Shown here: one piece after another, positions 30,132 to 38,182 of the stretch
Numbering within the stretch: the stretch's first letter is position 1
Layout: each line of letters begins with the position of its first letter
DNA from: Anaeromyxobacteraceae bacterium
Lineage (GTDB): Bacteria > Myxococcota > Myxococcia > Myxococcales > Anaeromyxobacteraceae
Length of the DNA stretch: 64,000 nucleotides
Reading direction: 5' to 3'
Assembly (NCBI GenBank): GCA_047602405.1
Contig: JASGHJ010000001.1
Location: 1,696,001-1,760,000 of the forward strand
Position numbers and translations under genes: made by a program
The notes under the pieces: generated by a model
Databases searched by the model: none
Told to the model about the DNA's origin: nothing
What the model saw: the letters and a program-made list of their open reading frames with translations, nothing else

Positions 30132-30809
30132 TCAGGCCTCGCGCCGGCCGGAGTGCAGCGTCCAGACCGCGTCGGCCCGCGCGGCGAGCTCCTTCGAGTG
30201 GGTCACGTAGAGGAGCGCGGCCTGCTCCTCCCGGGCGACCGCGAGCAGGAGCTCCATCACCCGCTCGCCGTTCTCCTCGTCGAGGTTGCCGGTCGGCTCG
30301 TCGGCGAGGAGGAGCGGCGGCCGGCGCAGGAGCGCGCGGCAGAGCGCGACCCGCTGCATCTCGCCGCCGGAGAGCTTCCCGACGGCGTCGCGCGCGCGCC
30401 CGCCGAGGCCGACCCTGCCGAGGAGCTCCCGCGCCCGCGCCTCGGCCGCGGCCGGCGGGTCGCCCGCGACGAGCGCCGGCACGAGCACGTTCTCGGCGCA
30501 GGAGAGGTGCGGGAGCAGGTGGAAGAACTGGAAGACGAGGCCGACCTGGTCGCGGCGGACCCGCGTGCGCTCCGCGTCGGACATCGGGCCGAGCGCGCGC
30601 CCGGCGACGAGCACCTCGCCGGCGTCCGCCGCGTCGATCCCCGCGGCGAGGTGGACGAGCGTGGACTTGCCCGAGCCGCTCCGGCCGGTGACGGCGACCG
30701 CCTGTCCCGCCTCGACGGTGCCGGACACACCCCTCAGGGCGCGGAGCGGCTCGGCCCCACCCGTCGGGTACGACCGGACGACGTCGCGGAACTCCAGCAC
30801 GGGGGCCAT
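30132..30809 (-). CDS. ABC transporter ATP-binding protein (LolD/AttE-like)
   Basis: GRSGSGKST, GLVFQFFHLLP, LSGGEMQR, LADEPTGNLD. Confidence 0.92.
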   Translation of the reverse strand: MAPVLEFRDVVRSYPTGGAEPLRALRGVSGTVEAGQAVAVTGRSGSGKSTLVHLAAGIDAADAGEVLVAGRALGPMSDAERTRVRRDQVGLVFQFFHLLPHLSCAENVLVPALVAGDPPAAAEARARELLGRVGLGGRARDAVGKLSGGEMQRVALCRALLRRPPLLLADEPTGNLDEENGERVMELLLAVAREEQAALLYVTHSKELAARADAVWTLHSGRREA

Positions 30810-30920
30810 GGAGCCCCGCTGCTTAGGGCCGCCGGAGGCGTCGATCAAGGGGAACCGATGCCGGAAGGGGTGTGTGCGGCAGGTCACGGAAAGCGCTCGT
30901 GCACCGCGGATAGCCTGAAC

Positions 30921-30970
30921 CCGCTCACCCCGGACGTGGCCGACGCGCAGCGGCGGCGGCGTCGAAGGAC
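30921..30970 (+). repeat. REP-like element family 1, degenerate copy D
   Basis: CCGCTCACCCCGGACGT...GGCGTCGAAGGAC ends match the other copies. Confidence 0.55.
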
Positions 30971-30986
30971 GAAAGGGAGACGACCC

Positions 30987-31964
30987 ATGAAGCAGCTCAT
31001 GCTCGCCGCCGTCGCGCTCGCGATCGCCGGCACCGCGCAGGCCTTCGAGCTGCGCGCCGCGCAGCCCGCGGCCGAGGCGCGCGCCGGCTACGGCGCCAGC
31101 CGGTTCGTGCTCGAGCTCGACGGGCACCCCGTCGGCTTCCTGAGGTCGGTCGCGGGGGGCGACGCCGTCGCCGCCGTGGTGACCGAGACCCCGGGGCCAA
31201 ACCGCCTGTCGAAGAAGCACCTCGGGAACTTCGGCTACGACGACCTCGTGCTCGAGGTCGGTGCGGACCTGCCGCCCGAGCTCGCGGCCTGGATCCGCAG
31301 CACGCTCGCCGGCACGTACACGAGGAAGAGCGGCGCGATCGTCGGGACGGACTTCAACGGCGCCCCGCGCTGGCGACGCACCTTCACCGACGCGCTCGTC
31401 ACGGGGCTCCTCTTCCCCGCGCTCGACGCGAGCTCGCGGGAGGCGTTCACGCTGGGCGTCGTCATCACACCCGACCTCACCCGGCTCGACCGCAAGGTCG
31501 CCGCCACGCGGCTCACGGTGCCGGGCTCGAAGCGTTCGACCGCCACGGTCGGGTACTTCGCGATCACCGTGGGCAACCTCGACACCTCGCGGGTGTCACG
31601 CGTGGAGGCGTTCGCCGTCTCGCTGGTGCTGTCCGACGGCGCCGTCGGCGAGACCCGCGACTACGAGAGGACGCCGGCGAAGCTCGTCGTCCCGGACCTG
31701 CTCGTCACCATGTCCGATGCCCGGGCCGACGGCTGGTGGGCCTGGTTCGACGACTTCGTCGTGAAGGGCCTCTCCACGGACGACAAGGAGGTCCAGGCCT
31801 CCATCGCGGTCCTCGACGGGAAGGGCGCGGCGGTCCTCCGCCTGGACCTCGACCACGTCGGCATCTCGTCGCTCCGGTTCCTCCCGGCCGGCGCCGGCGA
31901 GGACGGCCCCACGCGCGACCAGGCCCGCTTGTACGCGGAGCGCGTCGCGCTCACGTTGCCCTAG
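30987..31964 (+). CDS. Signal-peptide-bearing protein with two tandem T4 gp19/Afp1-like tail-tube domains
   Basis: RBS AAAGGGAG; MKQLMLAAVALAIAGTAQA; RFVLELDG..GF..V.GG, KKHLGNFGYDDLVLEVG, W, RKSGAIVGTD, FPALDASS; second diverged copy (PAKLVVPDLLVT..WWAWF..ASIAVLD..LYAERV). Confidence 0.72.
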   Translation: MKQLMLAAVALAIAGTAQAFELRAAQPAAEARAGYGASRFVLELDGHPVGFLRSVAGGDAVAAVVTETPGPNRLSKKHLGNFGYDDLVLEVGADLPPELAAWIRSTLAGTYTRKSGAIVGTDFNGAPRWRRTFTDALVTGLLFPALDASSREAFTLGVVITPDLTRLDRKVAATRLTVPGSKRSTATVGYFAITVGNLDTSRVSRVEAFAVSLVLSDGAVGETRDYERTPAKLVVPDLLVTMSDARADGWWAWFDDFVVKGLSTDDKEVQASIAVLDGKGAAVLRLDLDHVGISSLRFLPAGAGEDGPTRDQARLYAERVALTLP

Positions 31965-32055
31965 GGAGCGGAGCGGCGCAGGAGCCGCCCGCGGCGCCCG
32001 GGCGCACCGGCACCCTTGACGGGCCGGGTCGCTCCAGCCGACCCTCCCGGTGACG

Positions 32056-32931
32056 ATGCGCCCTTCCGAGTCACTCTCCATCGCCTGCCTCGCCGCCCTC
32101 GCCGCGCTCTCGTTCGCCGCGACGCCGGCGGCGCCGGGTGCCGCCGCCGGGTATGCCGTCCTCATCGCCGCCGTCTGGTCGATCGCGCGGAGGCTCCCCC
32201 CGGGGACGTTCGTGCGCGACTGGTTCCCGGTGGTCACGATCGTGGCCGCGTTCACCCTGATGGAGCCGGTCATCACCGGGGTGCACCCGCGCCTGTACGA
32301 CGCCGCCCTCGCCGGGATCGACGACCGGTACCTCGCGGGGTTGGTGCGGGCGTGGCGCGAGGCCTTCGGCCGCCCGGACCTCTTCACCGACGCGGCCTAC
32401 GTCCTCTACGTCTCCTACTACTTCGTGCCGCTCACCGCGGTCGGCCTCGCGCGGCGCCGCGGCCCGGAGGAGACCGAGCGCGTCACCTTCACGGTGCTGC
32501 TCGCCTTCTGGGGCTCGTACGTCGGCTACTTCCTCGTCCCGGCGGCGGGGCCGCGGATCCCCTACGCCGAGGAGGCGGCGGTGCTCGGCGGCGGTGCGGT
32601 GTCCGACGGCGTGCGCTGGTTCCTGCACGTCGCCGAGAAGACCCGCCTCGACGCGTTCCCGTCGGGCCACACCGCCATCTCGCTCGTGGCGGGCGCCCTC
32701 GCGATCCGGCTCGCGCCGAGGCTCGGCCCCGCGATCGCCGCGTGGGTGGTGGCCGTGATCTTCACGACCGTCTACATCCACGTGCACTACGCGATCGACG
32801 TCGTCGCCGGCGTCGGGCTCGCGGCGGGCGCGCTCCTCGCGGCCGCGCCGGCCTCTCGGACCGTCGCGGCCGCGCAGGCGCGGCTCAGCCGCCGGCTCGC
32901 AGGAACACCGCGCCGAGCGGCGGGAGCGTGA
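32056..32931 (+). CDS. PAP2/AUR1-family membrane phosphatase or phosphotransferase
   Basis: PAAGPR, AFPSGHT, HVHYAIDVVAG, multiple TMs. Confidence 0.88.
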   Translation: MRPSESLSIACLAALAALSFAATPAAPGAAAGYAVLIAAVWSIARRLPPGTFVRDWFPVVTIVAAFTLMEPVITGVHPRLYDAALAGIDDRYLAGLVRAWREAFGRPDLFTDAAYVLYVSYYFVPLTAVGLARRRGPEETERVTFTVLLAFWGSYVGYFLVPAAGPRIPYAEEAAVLGGGAVSDGVRWFLHVAEKTRLDAFPSGHTAISLVAGALAIRLAPRLGPAIAAWVVAVIFTTVYIHVHYAIDVVAGVGLAAGALLAAAPASRTVAAAQARLSRRLAGTPRRAAGA

Positions 32932-34822
32932 GCCAGATCGACTGCGCCCGGCCGTGCGCGGGGATGTCCTCCGCGTCCTTGCCGCCGAGGTTGCCGATCC
33001 CCGAGCCGCCGTAGATCGGCGCGTCGGAGTTCAGCACCTCGCGCCAGCGGCCGCCGCGCGGCACGCCCACCCGGACGTCGCGCGGCACCGGCGTGAAGTT
33101 GAGGGCGACGAACAGCGGGGCGGCGCCGTCCGGGCCCTTCCTGACGAAGGTCAGCAGGCTCGCGTCGGCGTCGTTCGCGTCGATCCACTCGAAGCCGCCG
33201 GCCTCGAAGTCGAGGGCGTGCAGGGCGGGGTTCTCCCGCATGAGCCGGTTGAGGTCCCGCACCAGCAGCGCGAGCCCGCCGTGCCTCGGGTCGGCGAGGA
33301 GGTGCCAGTCGAGGCTGCGCTCGTGGCTCCACTCACGGCCCTGGCCGAACTCGGCGCCCATGAAGAGCAGCTTCTTGCCGGGCGTCGCCCACATGTACGT
33401 GTAGAGCAGGCGCAGGTTCGCGAACTTCTGCCAGCCGTCGCCCGGCATCTTGTCGAGGAGGGAGCCCTTCCCGTGCACGACCTCGTCGTGGGAGAGCGGC
33501 AGCATGAAGTTCTCGCTGAACGCGTACATCGAGCGGAAGGTCAGCCCGTTGTGGTGCCAGCGGCGGTGGATGGGGTCCTTCCTCATGTACTCGAGCGTGT
33601 CGTGCATCCACCCCATGTCCCACTTCATGCCGAAGCCGAGGCCGCCCACGTAGTTGGGGCGCGAGACCATCGGCCAGGAGGTGGACTCCTCCGCGACCGT
33701 CTGCACGTCCGGGTACTCGGCGTAGACGACCTCGTTGAGCCGGCGCAGGAAGCCGATCGCGTCGAGGTTCTCGCGCCCGCCGAACGCGTTCGGGATCCAC
33801 TCGCCCTCCTTGCGCGAGTAGTCGAGGTAGAGCATCGAGGCGACCGCGTCCACGCGCAGCCCGTCCACGTGGTAGCGGTCGAGCCAGAAGGCGGCGGAGG
33901 AGAGCAGGAAGCTCCGCACCTCGTTGCGCCCGTAGTTGAAGACGAAGCTGTCCCAGTCCGGGTGGTGGCCCTGCCGGCGATCGGCGTGCTCGAAGAGGTG
34001 CGTGCCGTCGAAGTAGGCGAGGCCGTGCGCGTCGGTCGGGAAGTGCGAGGGGACCCAGTCGAGCAGCACGCCGATGCCGCGCTGGTGGAGCGTGTCGACG
34101 AGGAACATCAGGTCCTGCGGGTCGCCGTAGCGGCTCGTGGCCGCGAAGTAGCCGGTGGTCTGGTAGCCCCACGAGCCGTAGAACGGGTGCTCGGTCACCG
34201 GCAGCAGCTCGACGTGCGTGAAGCCCTCGCGCTCGCAGTGCTCGGCGAGGAGGGGCGCGATCTCGCGGTAGGAGAGGCTGCGGTCGCGCTCCTCGGGCTT
34301 GCGCCGCCAGGAGCCGAGGTGGACCTCGTACACGCTGATCGGCGCGCGCATGCCGTTCCTCGCGGCCCGCCCCTTCATCCACGCGGCGTCGCCCCACGCG
34401 TAGTCGAGGTCCCAGACGATCGACTGGGTGCCCGGCCCCGTCTCGTGCTTGAAGCCGAACGGGTCCGCCTTGTCGACCTGGAAGCCCGAGAGCCGCGAGC
34501 GCAGGTGGTACTTGTAGACCGAGCCCTTCTTCACCCCCGGGATGAAGCCCTGCCACACGCCGGAGGTGCCGAGGGGGCGGAGCAGGTGGCGCTCCTTGTC
34601 CCAGCCGTTCCAGTCGCCGATGACCGAGATGCGCTCGGCGTTGGGCGCCCAGACGGCGAACGACGTGCCGGGCTGGCCGTCGACGGTGGTGAGGTGGGCG
34701 CCGAGCGTCCGGTAGGCCCGGTGGTTCGTGCCCTCGTTGAAGAGGTGGAGGTCGACTTCGCCGGGGCCGCCGGCGGGGAGGACGGAGGCACGGGAGGCGT
34801 CGGGGTCGGTCACGGGCTGCAT
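32885..34822 (-). CDS. glgB: 1,4-alpha-glucan branching enzyme
   Basis: FAVWAPNA, YEVHLGSW, SWGYQ, DWVPSH, LRVDAVASMLY, AEEST, LSHDEVVHGK. Confidence 0.96.
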   Translation of the reverse strand: MQPVTDPDASRASVLPAGGPGEVDLHLFNEGTNHRAYRTLGAHLTTVDGQPGTSFAVWAPNAERISVIGDWNGWDKERHLLRPLGTSGVWQGFIPGVKKGSVYKYHLRSRLSGFQVDKADPFGFKHETGPGTQSIVWDLDYAWGDAAWMKGRAARNGMRAPISVYEVHLGSWRRKPEERDRSLSYREIAPLLAEHCEREGFTHVELLPVTEHPFYGSWGYQTTGYFAATSRYGDPQDLMFLVDTLHQRGIGVLLDWVPSHFPTDAHGLAYFDGTHLFEHADRRQGHHPDWDSFVFNYGRNEVRSFLLSSAAFWLDRYHVDGLRVDAVASMLYLDYSRKEGEWIPNAFGGRENLDAIGFLRRLNEVVYAEYPDVQTVAEESTSWPMVSRPNYVGGLGFGMKWDMGWMHDTLEYMRKDPIHRRWHHNGLTFRSMYAFSENFMLPLSHDEVVHGKGSLLDKMPGDGWQKFANLRLLYTYMWATPGKKLLFMGAEFGQGREWSHERSLDWHLLADPRHGGLALLVRDLNRLMRENPALHALDFEAGGFEWIDANDADASLLTFVRKGPDGAAPLFVALNFTPVPRDVRVGVPRGGRWREVLNSDAPIYGGSGIGNLGGKDAEDIPAHGRAQSIWLTLPPLGAVFLRAGG

Positions 34823-34906
34823 GGTACTTGCCCCTGACGCAGCGCGCACTCCGCCAGCGGGGGACCGGGCGAAGGGCCGCGGGGTATGCTGCCTGCCGGA
34901 GGGGTC

Positions 34907-35821
34907 ATGGACGCCACCGCAAGGGACGGGCAGGGGACACTGGCGGCGCCGCGGCGCAGGCGCCGCTGGGGGGACCGTTACGACGGGCGGCTCCTGCGCA
35001 GCCTCGATCCCCTGTACCAGCTCATCCCGTACATCATGAAGACCCGGTCCGACGCGCAGAACCTCTTCGAGGAGCGCATCGACGTGACCGCCGTCGAGGA
35101 CTGGCTGCGCGCCCAGCGCGCCGCCGGCCGGAACCTCTCCTTCCTGCACGTCTTCCTGGCCGCGTACATCCGGACCATCTCCCAGCGCCCGCGCATGAAC
35201 CGCTTCATCGCCGGCCGGCGCATCTACGCCCGGAACGAGATCCTGGTCTCCTTCGCGCTCAAGAAGCGCCTGCGGGAGGACAGCCCGGAGACGGTCGTGA
35301 AGCTGAAGTTCGAGCCGACCGCGACGGTCTGGGACGTGCAGAAGGCGGTCGACGAGGCGATCGCGGTGAACAAGCAGGAGACCGCCCAGAACGACGCGGA
35401 CCTCACCGCGAAGCTCTTCATGTTCCTGCCCGGCCTCGTCATCCGGTTCGCGGTCTGGCTCCTCACCTTCCTCGACCAGCGCGGCCTGTTGCCGAGGGTG
35501 ATCCACCGCGTCAGCCCGTTCCACACGAGCGTGTTCGTCACCGATCTCGGCTCGCTGGGGGTGCGGCCGATCTACCACCACCTCTACGAGTTCGGGACGA
35601 CCTCGGTCTTCCTCGCGTTCGGCGCGAAGGAGCGCGAGCGCGCGGTGGACGAGCAGGGCAACGCGACCGTCAGGAAGACCATCGGCCTCAAGGTCGTGAC
35701 CGACGAGCGCATCTGCGACGGCTACGACTACGTCTACGCGTTCAAGTACTTCGTGCGCCTGTTCCGCCACCCCGACGAGCTCGAGGTGCCGCCCGCCGGC
35801 GTGCTGGAGGACGTGGCGTAG
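34907..35821 (+). CDS. Stand-alone 2-oxo-acid dehydrogenase E2-like acyltransferase domain (no lipoyl domain)
   Basis: RPRMNRF, SVFVTDLGSLG, VTDERICDG (cf. DHRxxDG). Confidence 0.75.
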   Translation: MDATARDGQGTLAAPRRRRRWGDRYDGRLLRSLDPLYQLIPYIMKTRSDAQNLFEERIDVTAVEDWLRAQRAAGRNLSFLHVFLAAYIRTISQRPRMNRFIAGRRIYARNEILVSFALKKRLREDSPETVVKLKFEPTATVWDVQKAVDEAIAVNKQETAQNDADLTAKLFMFLPGLVIRFAVWLLTFLDQRGLLPRVIHRVSPFHTSVFVTDLGSLGVRPIYHHLYEFGTTSVFLAFGAKERERAVDEQGNATVRKTIGLKVVTDERICDGYDYVYAFKYFVRLFRHPDELEVPPAGVLEDVA

Positions 35822-35844
35822 CGCGAGGCGGCCGCAGGCCGCCG

Positions 35845-36099
35845 AGCTTGCCTCTCGTCCTTGTGCTCCATGGTCAGGTTCTCGGTGCCCTCGCAACGAT
35901 GGCCTTCCTCCTCCCCGAACCTGCACCGGTACCCATCCCGCTCGAGCACCGCCCGCCGTACCGCATCCGGCACCGGCTGCCGGATCCTCGGCGTCGGCTC
36001 CTTCGCCGGCGCAGCCTTCCGCGCACGCTTGGGCTTCAGCAGCCCGCGCTTGCGCTTCTGCGCCTCGAGCGAATCCCGGACCATGATCGCGAGGAGCTT
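35845..36099 (-). pseudogene. Fragment of an HNH-endonuclease-domain protein
   Basis: RQPVPDAVRRAVLERDGYRCRF....HRC....LTMEH then breaks off; no proper N-terminus; atypical codons. Confidence 0.6.
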
Positions 36100-36438
36100 C
36101 TACCCCACCTCCCTCCGCGCCCCGATCGCCTCCAGCATCGCCGACAGCGACACGAGCGCGAACCCCATCACCGGCGACGCGAGCGACTCCGCCACCCCGG
36201 CCGCGGCGAACCGCACGTCGACGCCGCCCTCGCCGGTGGCGTAGAGCAGCGTCGACAGCACGCCGCCGCAGAGCGACGCGACCGCCGCGAACGTGGTCGC
36301 GCGTCCCATCGCGGCGACGATCCCCCGCCGCCGGGCGTCTGGGCGCCGGGCGAACAGCGCGGCGTTCACGAGGGTGACGAGGCCGAAGACGAGCGTCAGC
36401 ATCCCGCCGGCGCCGCCGGCCTGGACGAGCCAGAGCAT
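36100..36438 (-). CDS. Small 3-TM membrane protein (weakly MotA/TolQ-like)
   Basis: RBS GGAGG; MLWLVQAGGAGG..., AGVAESLAS. Confidence 0.65.
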   Translation of the reverse strand: MLWLVQAGGAGGMLTLVFGLVTLVNAALFARRPDARRRGIVAAMGRATTFAAVASLCGGVLSTLLYATGEGGVDVRFAAAGVAESLASPVMGFALVSLSAMLEAIGARREVG

Positions 36439-36482
36439 CCTTGAATCCTCCCGGGCCGGGGAGTCCCGGCCTCCTCCAGGGA

Positions 36483-36539
36483 AACGCCCGGGGCGGGCGA
36501 TCGTGACGGCGCTCGTCACGCCGGGCCCCGCCGTGCGTT
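36483..36539. promoter_or_regulatory. Back-to-back ECF-type promoters CGTCACG-N15-CGTT
   Basis: Plus strand 36514-36539 and minus strand 36508-36483, identical boxes and spacing. Confidence 0.7.
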
Positions 36540-36542
36540 CAT

Positions 36543-37094
36543 GTGGGCGTGGGTGGCGATGGGGACCTCGTGCTCCGCCTGCGGGCCGGCGACGCCGGCG
36601 CGTTCGCCGAGGTGTACGCGCGGTACCGGGCGCGCCTGCTCGGCTTCCTCGCCCGGATGGCGCGGGAGCCGGCGCTCGCGGAGGACCTCATGCAGGAGAC
36701 CTGGCTCCGCCTCGCCGCCGCCGCCCCCGGGCTCGCCCCCGACAGCGACCTCGGCGCCTGGGTCTTCACCGTCGCGCGCAACGTCCACGCGAGCCACCGC
36801 CGCTGGCGACTGCTCGACGGCCGGCGCCGCGGGCTCGCGGCGTCGGGCGCGCCGCGGGAGGATCCGCACGGTCCGCACGCGCACGCCGAGGCGGACGAGG
36901 CGCGGCGGCGGCTCGAGGCCGCGGTCGGGGCGCTGCCACCGGCCGACCGCGAGGTGCTGCTGCTCGTCTCGGTGGAGCGGCTCGAGCCCGGCCAGGCGGC
37001 CGAGGTGCTGGGCATCTCGGCGGAGGCGGCCCGCCAGCGGCTCGCGCGGGCCCGCGCGGCGCTCCGGGCCGCGCTCGACGGAGGTGACACGTGA
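36543..37094 (+). CDS. ECF RNA polymerase sigma factor
   Basis: GDAGAFAEVY, AEDLMQETWL, WVFTVARN, region 4 AAEVLGISAEAARQRLARAR; start may be GTG 36549. Confidence 0.92.
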   Translation: MGVGGDGDLVLRLRAGDAGAFAEVYARYRARLLGFLARMAREPALAEDLMQETWLRLAAAAPGLAPDSDLGAWVFTVARNVHASHRRWRLLDGRRRGLAASGAPREDPHGPHAHAEADEARRRLEAAVGALPPADREVLLLVSVERLEPGQAAEVLGISAEAARQRLARARAALRAALDGGDT

Positions 37095-37372
37095 ACGACG
37101 CGGAGCTCGACCGGGCGCTCGCGGCGCTGCCGGCGCCGGACCTCTCCCCGGAGGCGTCGGCCCGCCTCCTCGCGCGCGCGCAGCGCCTGCTGCGCGAGCG
37201 GGCCGAGGAGGCGCGCTCGCCGTGGAGACGCGCGTGGCGGAGGACCTGGGACGCCGTCGAGCCGTGGGCCGCCTCGGCGGCGGTCGCCATCATGCTCGCG
37301 TGGGCGGTGGGGGTGGTGCGGCCGGCGCTCGATCCCGCGGCGCGGCCGGCGCCGCCGTCGGACCGGCGCTGA
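37091..37372 (+). CDS. Putative anti-sigma factor (small, one TM)
   Basis: GTGA overlap with the sigma gene; C-terminal hydrophobic helix. Confidence 0.6.
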   Translation: MNDAELDRALAALPAPDLSPEASARLLARAQRLLRERAEEARSPWRRAWRRTWDAVEPWAASAAVAIMLAWAVGVVRPALDPAARPAPPSDRR

Positions 37373-37378
37373 GGCTCC

Positions 37379-38182
37379 TCAGCGCTGCGTGACGAACGAC
37401 TCGGACTTCAGCTCGTCGGCGGTCATCGCGTGCCGCTCCTGCCCGAAGAGCTGCGGCTCCATCACGAAGGCGCGCAGCTGCCCGGACAGGATGAGGTGGA
37501 TGAGCAGCTGATCGGCCACGTACGCGGTCGGCGTCTGCGCCTCGAGGAGCTTCCTCGCCCCGGCGGTCGTGAACGCGTAGGCGTGCGTGCAGTGGTGCAG
37601 GCCGGCGGTCTTCAGGTGCGGCGAGAACGGCCTCGGGTGGAAGCGGAGGATCTGCGACGGCGTCCACTTCATGAGCCGCGCGGCGGCCATGCCCACGTAG
37701 GCGGCCTGCTTCAGCCGGTCTCGCAGCGTGACCGTCTCGAAGTTCTCCCAGCCGAGGTAGACGAGCTCCCACCCCTCGGGCAGCTCGCCGAGCGCCTCGG
37801 CCGCGCCGGCCATGGCCTCGACGTGCGGGACGGCGTCGTCCTCGAGCACGAGCACGCGCCCCCAGCCCTCGCGGACCGCGTCGGCGTAGATCTTCCGGTG
37901 GGAGAGCGAGCAGCCGACCTCGCCCGGCTTCATCTCGCGGCCGTGGCGGTCGACGGCGCGGGCGCGGGCGGGGTCGTAGACGCCGTCGCGCGCGAGCGCG
38001 GCGAAGTCGAGCTGTGCCTTGTCGAAGCCGAGGAGGAGCTCGTAGCGGAGGCCGGCGAGGCGCTCCCTCAGGCGCGCCTGCCGGTCCTTCGCGCGCGCGA
38101 GGGTGACGACGAGGATGCGGTCGAAGAACGCGTTGAGCGCCTCGAACCGTCCGGGCCCCGCCGCCGCCTCGCCCGGGGTCAC
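37379..38182 (-). CDS. Glycosyltransferase family 25
   Basis: ILVVTLARAKDR, GEVGCSLSH, VLVLEDDA, THAYAFTTAGARKLL. Confidence 0.88.
   Translation of the reverse strand: MTPGEAAAGPGRFEALNAFFDRILVVTLARAKDRQARLRERLAGLRYELLLGFDKAQLDFAALARDGVYDPARARAVDRHGREMKPGEVGCSLSHRKIYADAVREGWGRVLVLEDDAVPHVEAMAGAAEALGELPEGWELVYLGWENFETVTLRDRLKQAAYVGMAAARLMKWTPSQILRFHPRPFSPHLKTAGLHHCTHAYAFTTAGARKLLEAQTPTAYVADQLLIHLILSGQLRAFVMEPQLFGQERHAMTADELKSESFVTQR

Noticed and set aside
30987..31964. Prophage or complete eCIS/T6SS
   Set aside because: Only one tube-like gene; no sheath, baseplate, capsid or integrase
32885..32931. 47-bp convergent 3' overlap of PAP2 and glgB as an antisense system
   Set aside because: Short tail-to-tail overlaps are common in GC-rich genomes
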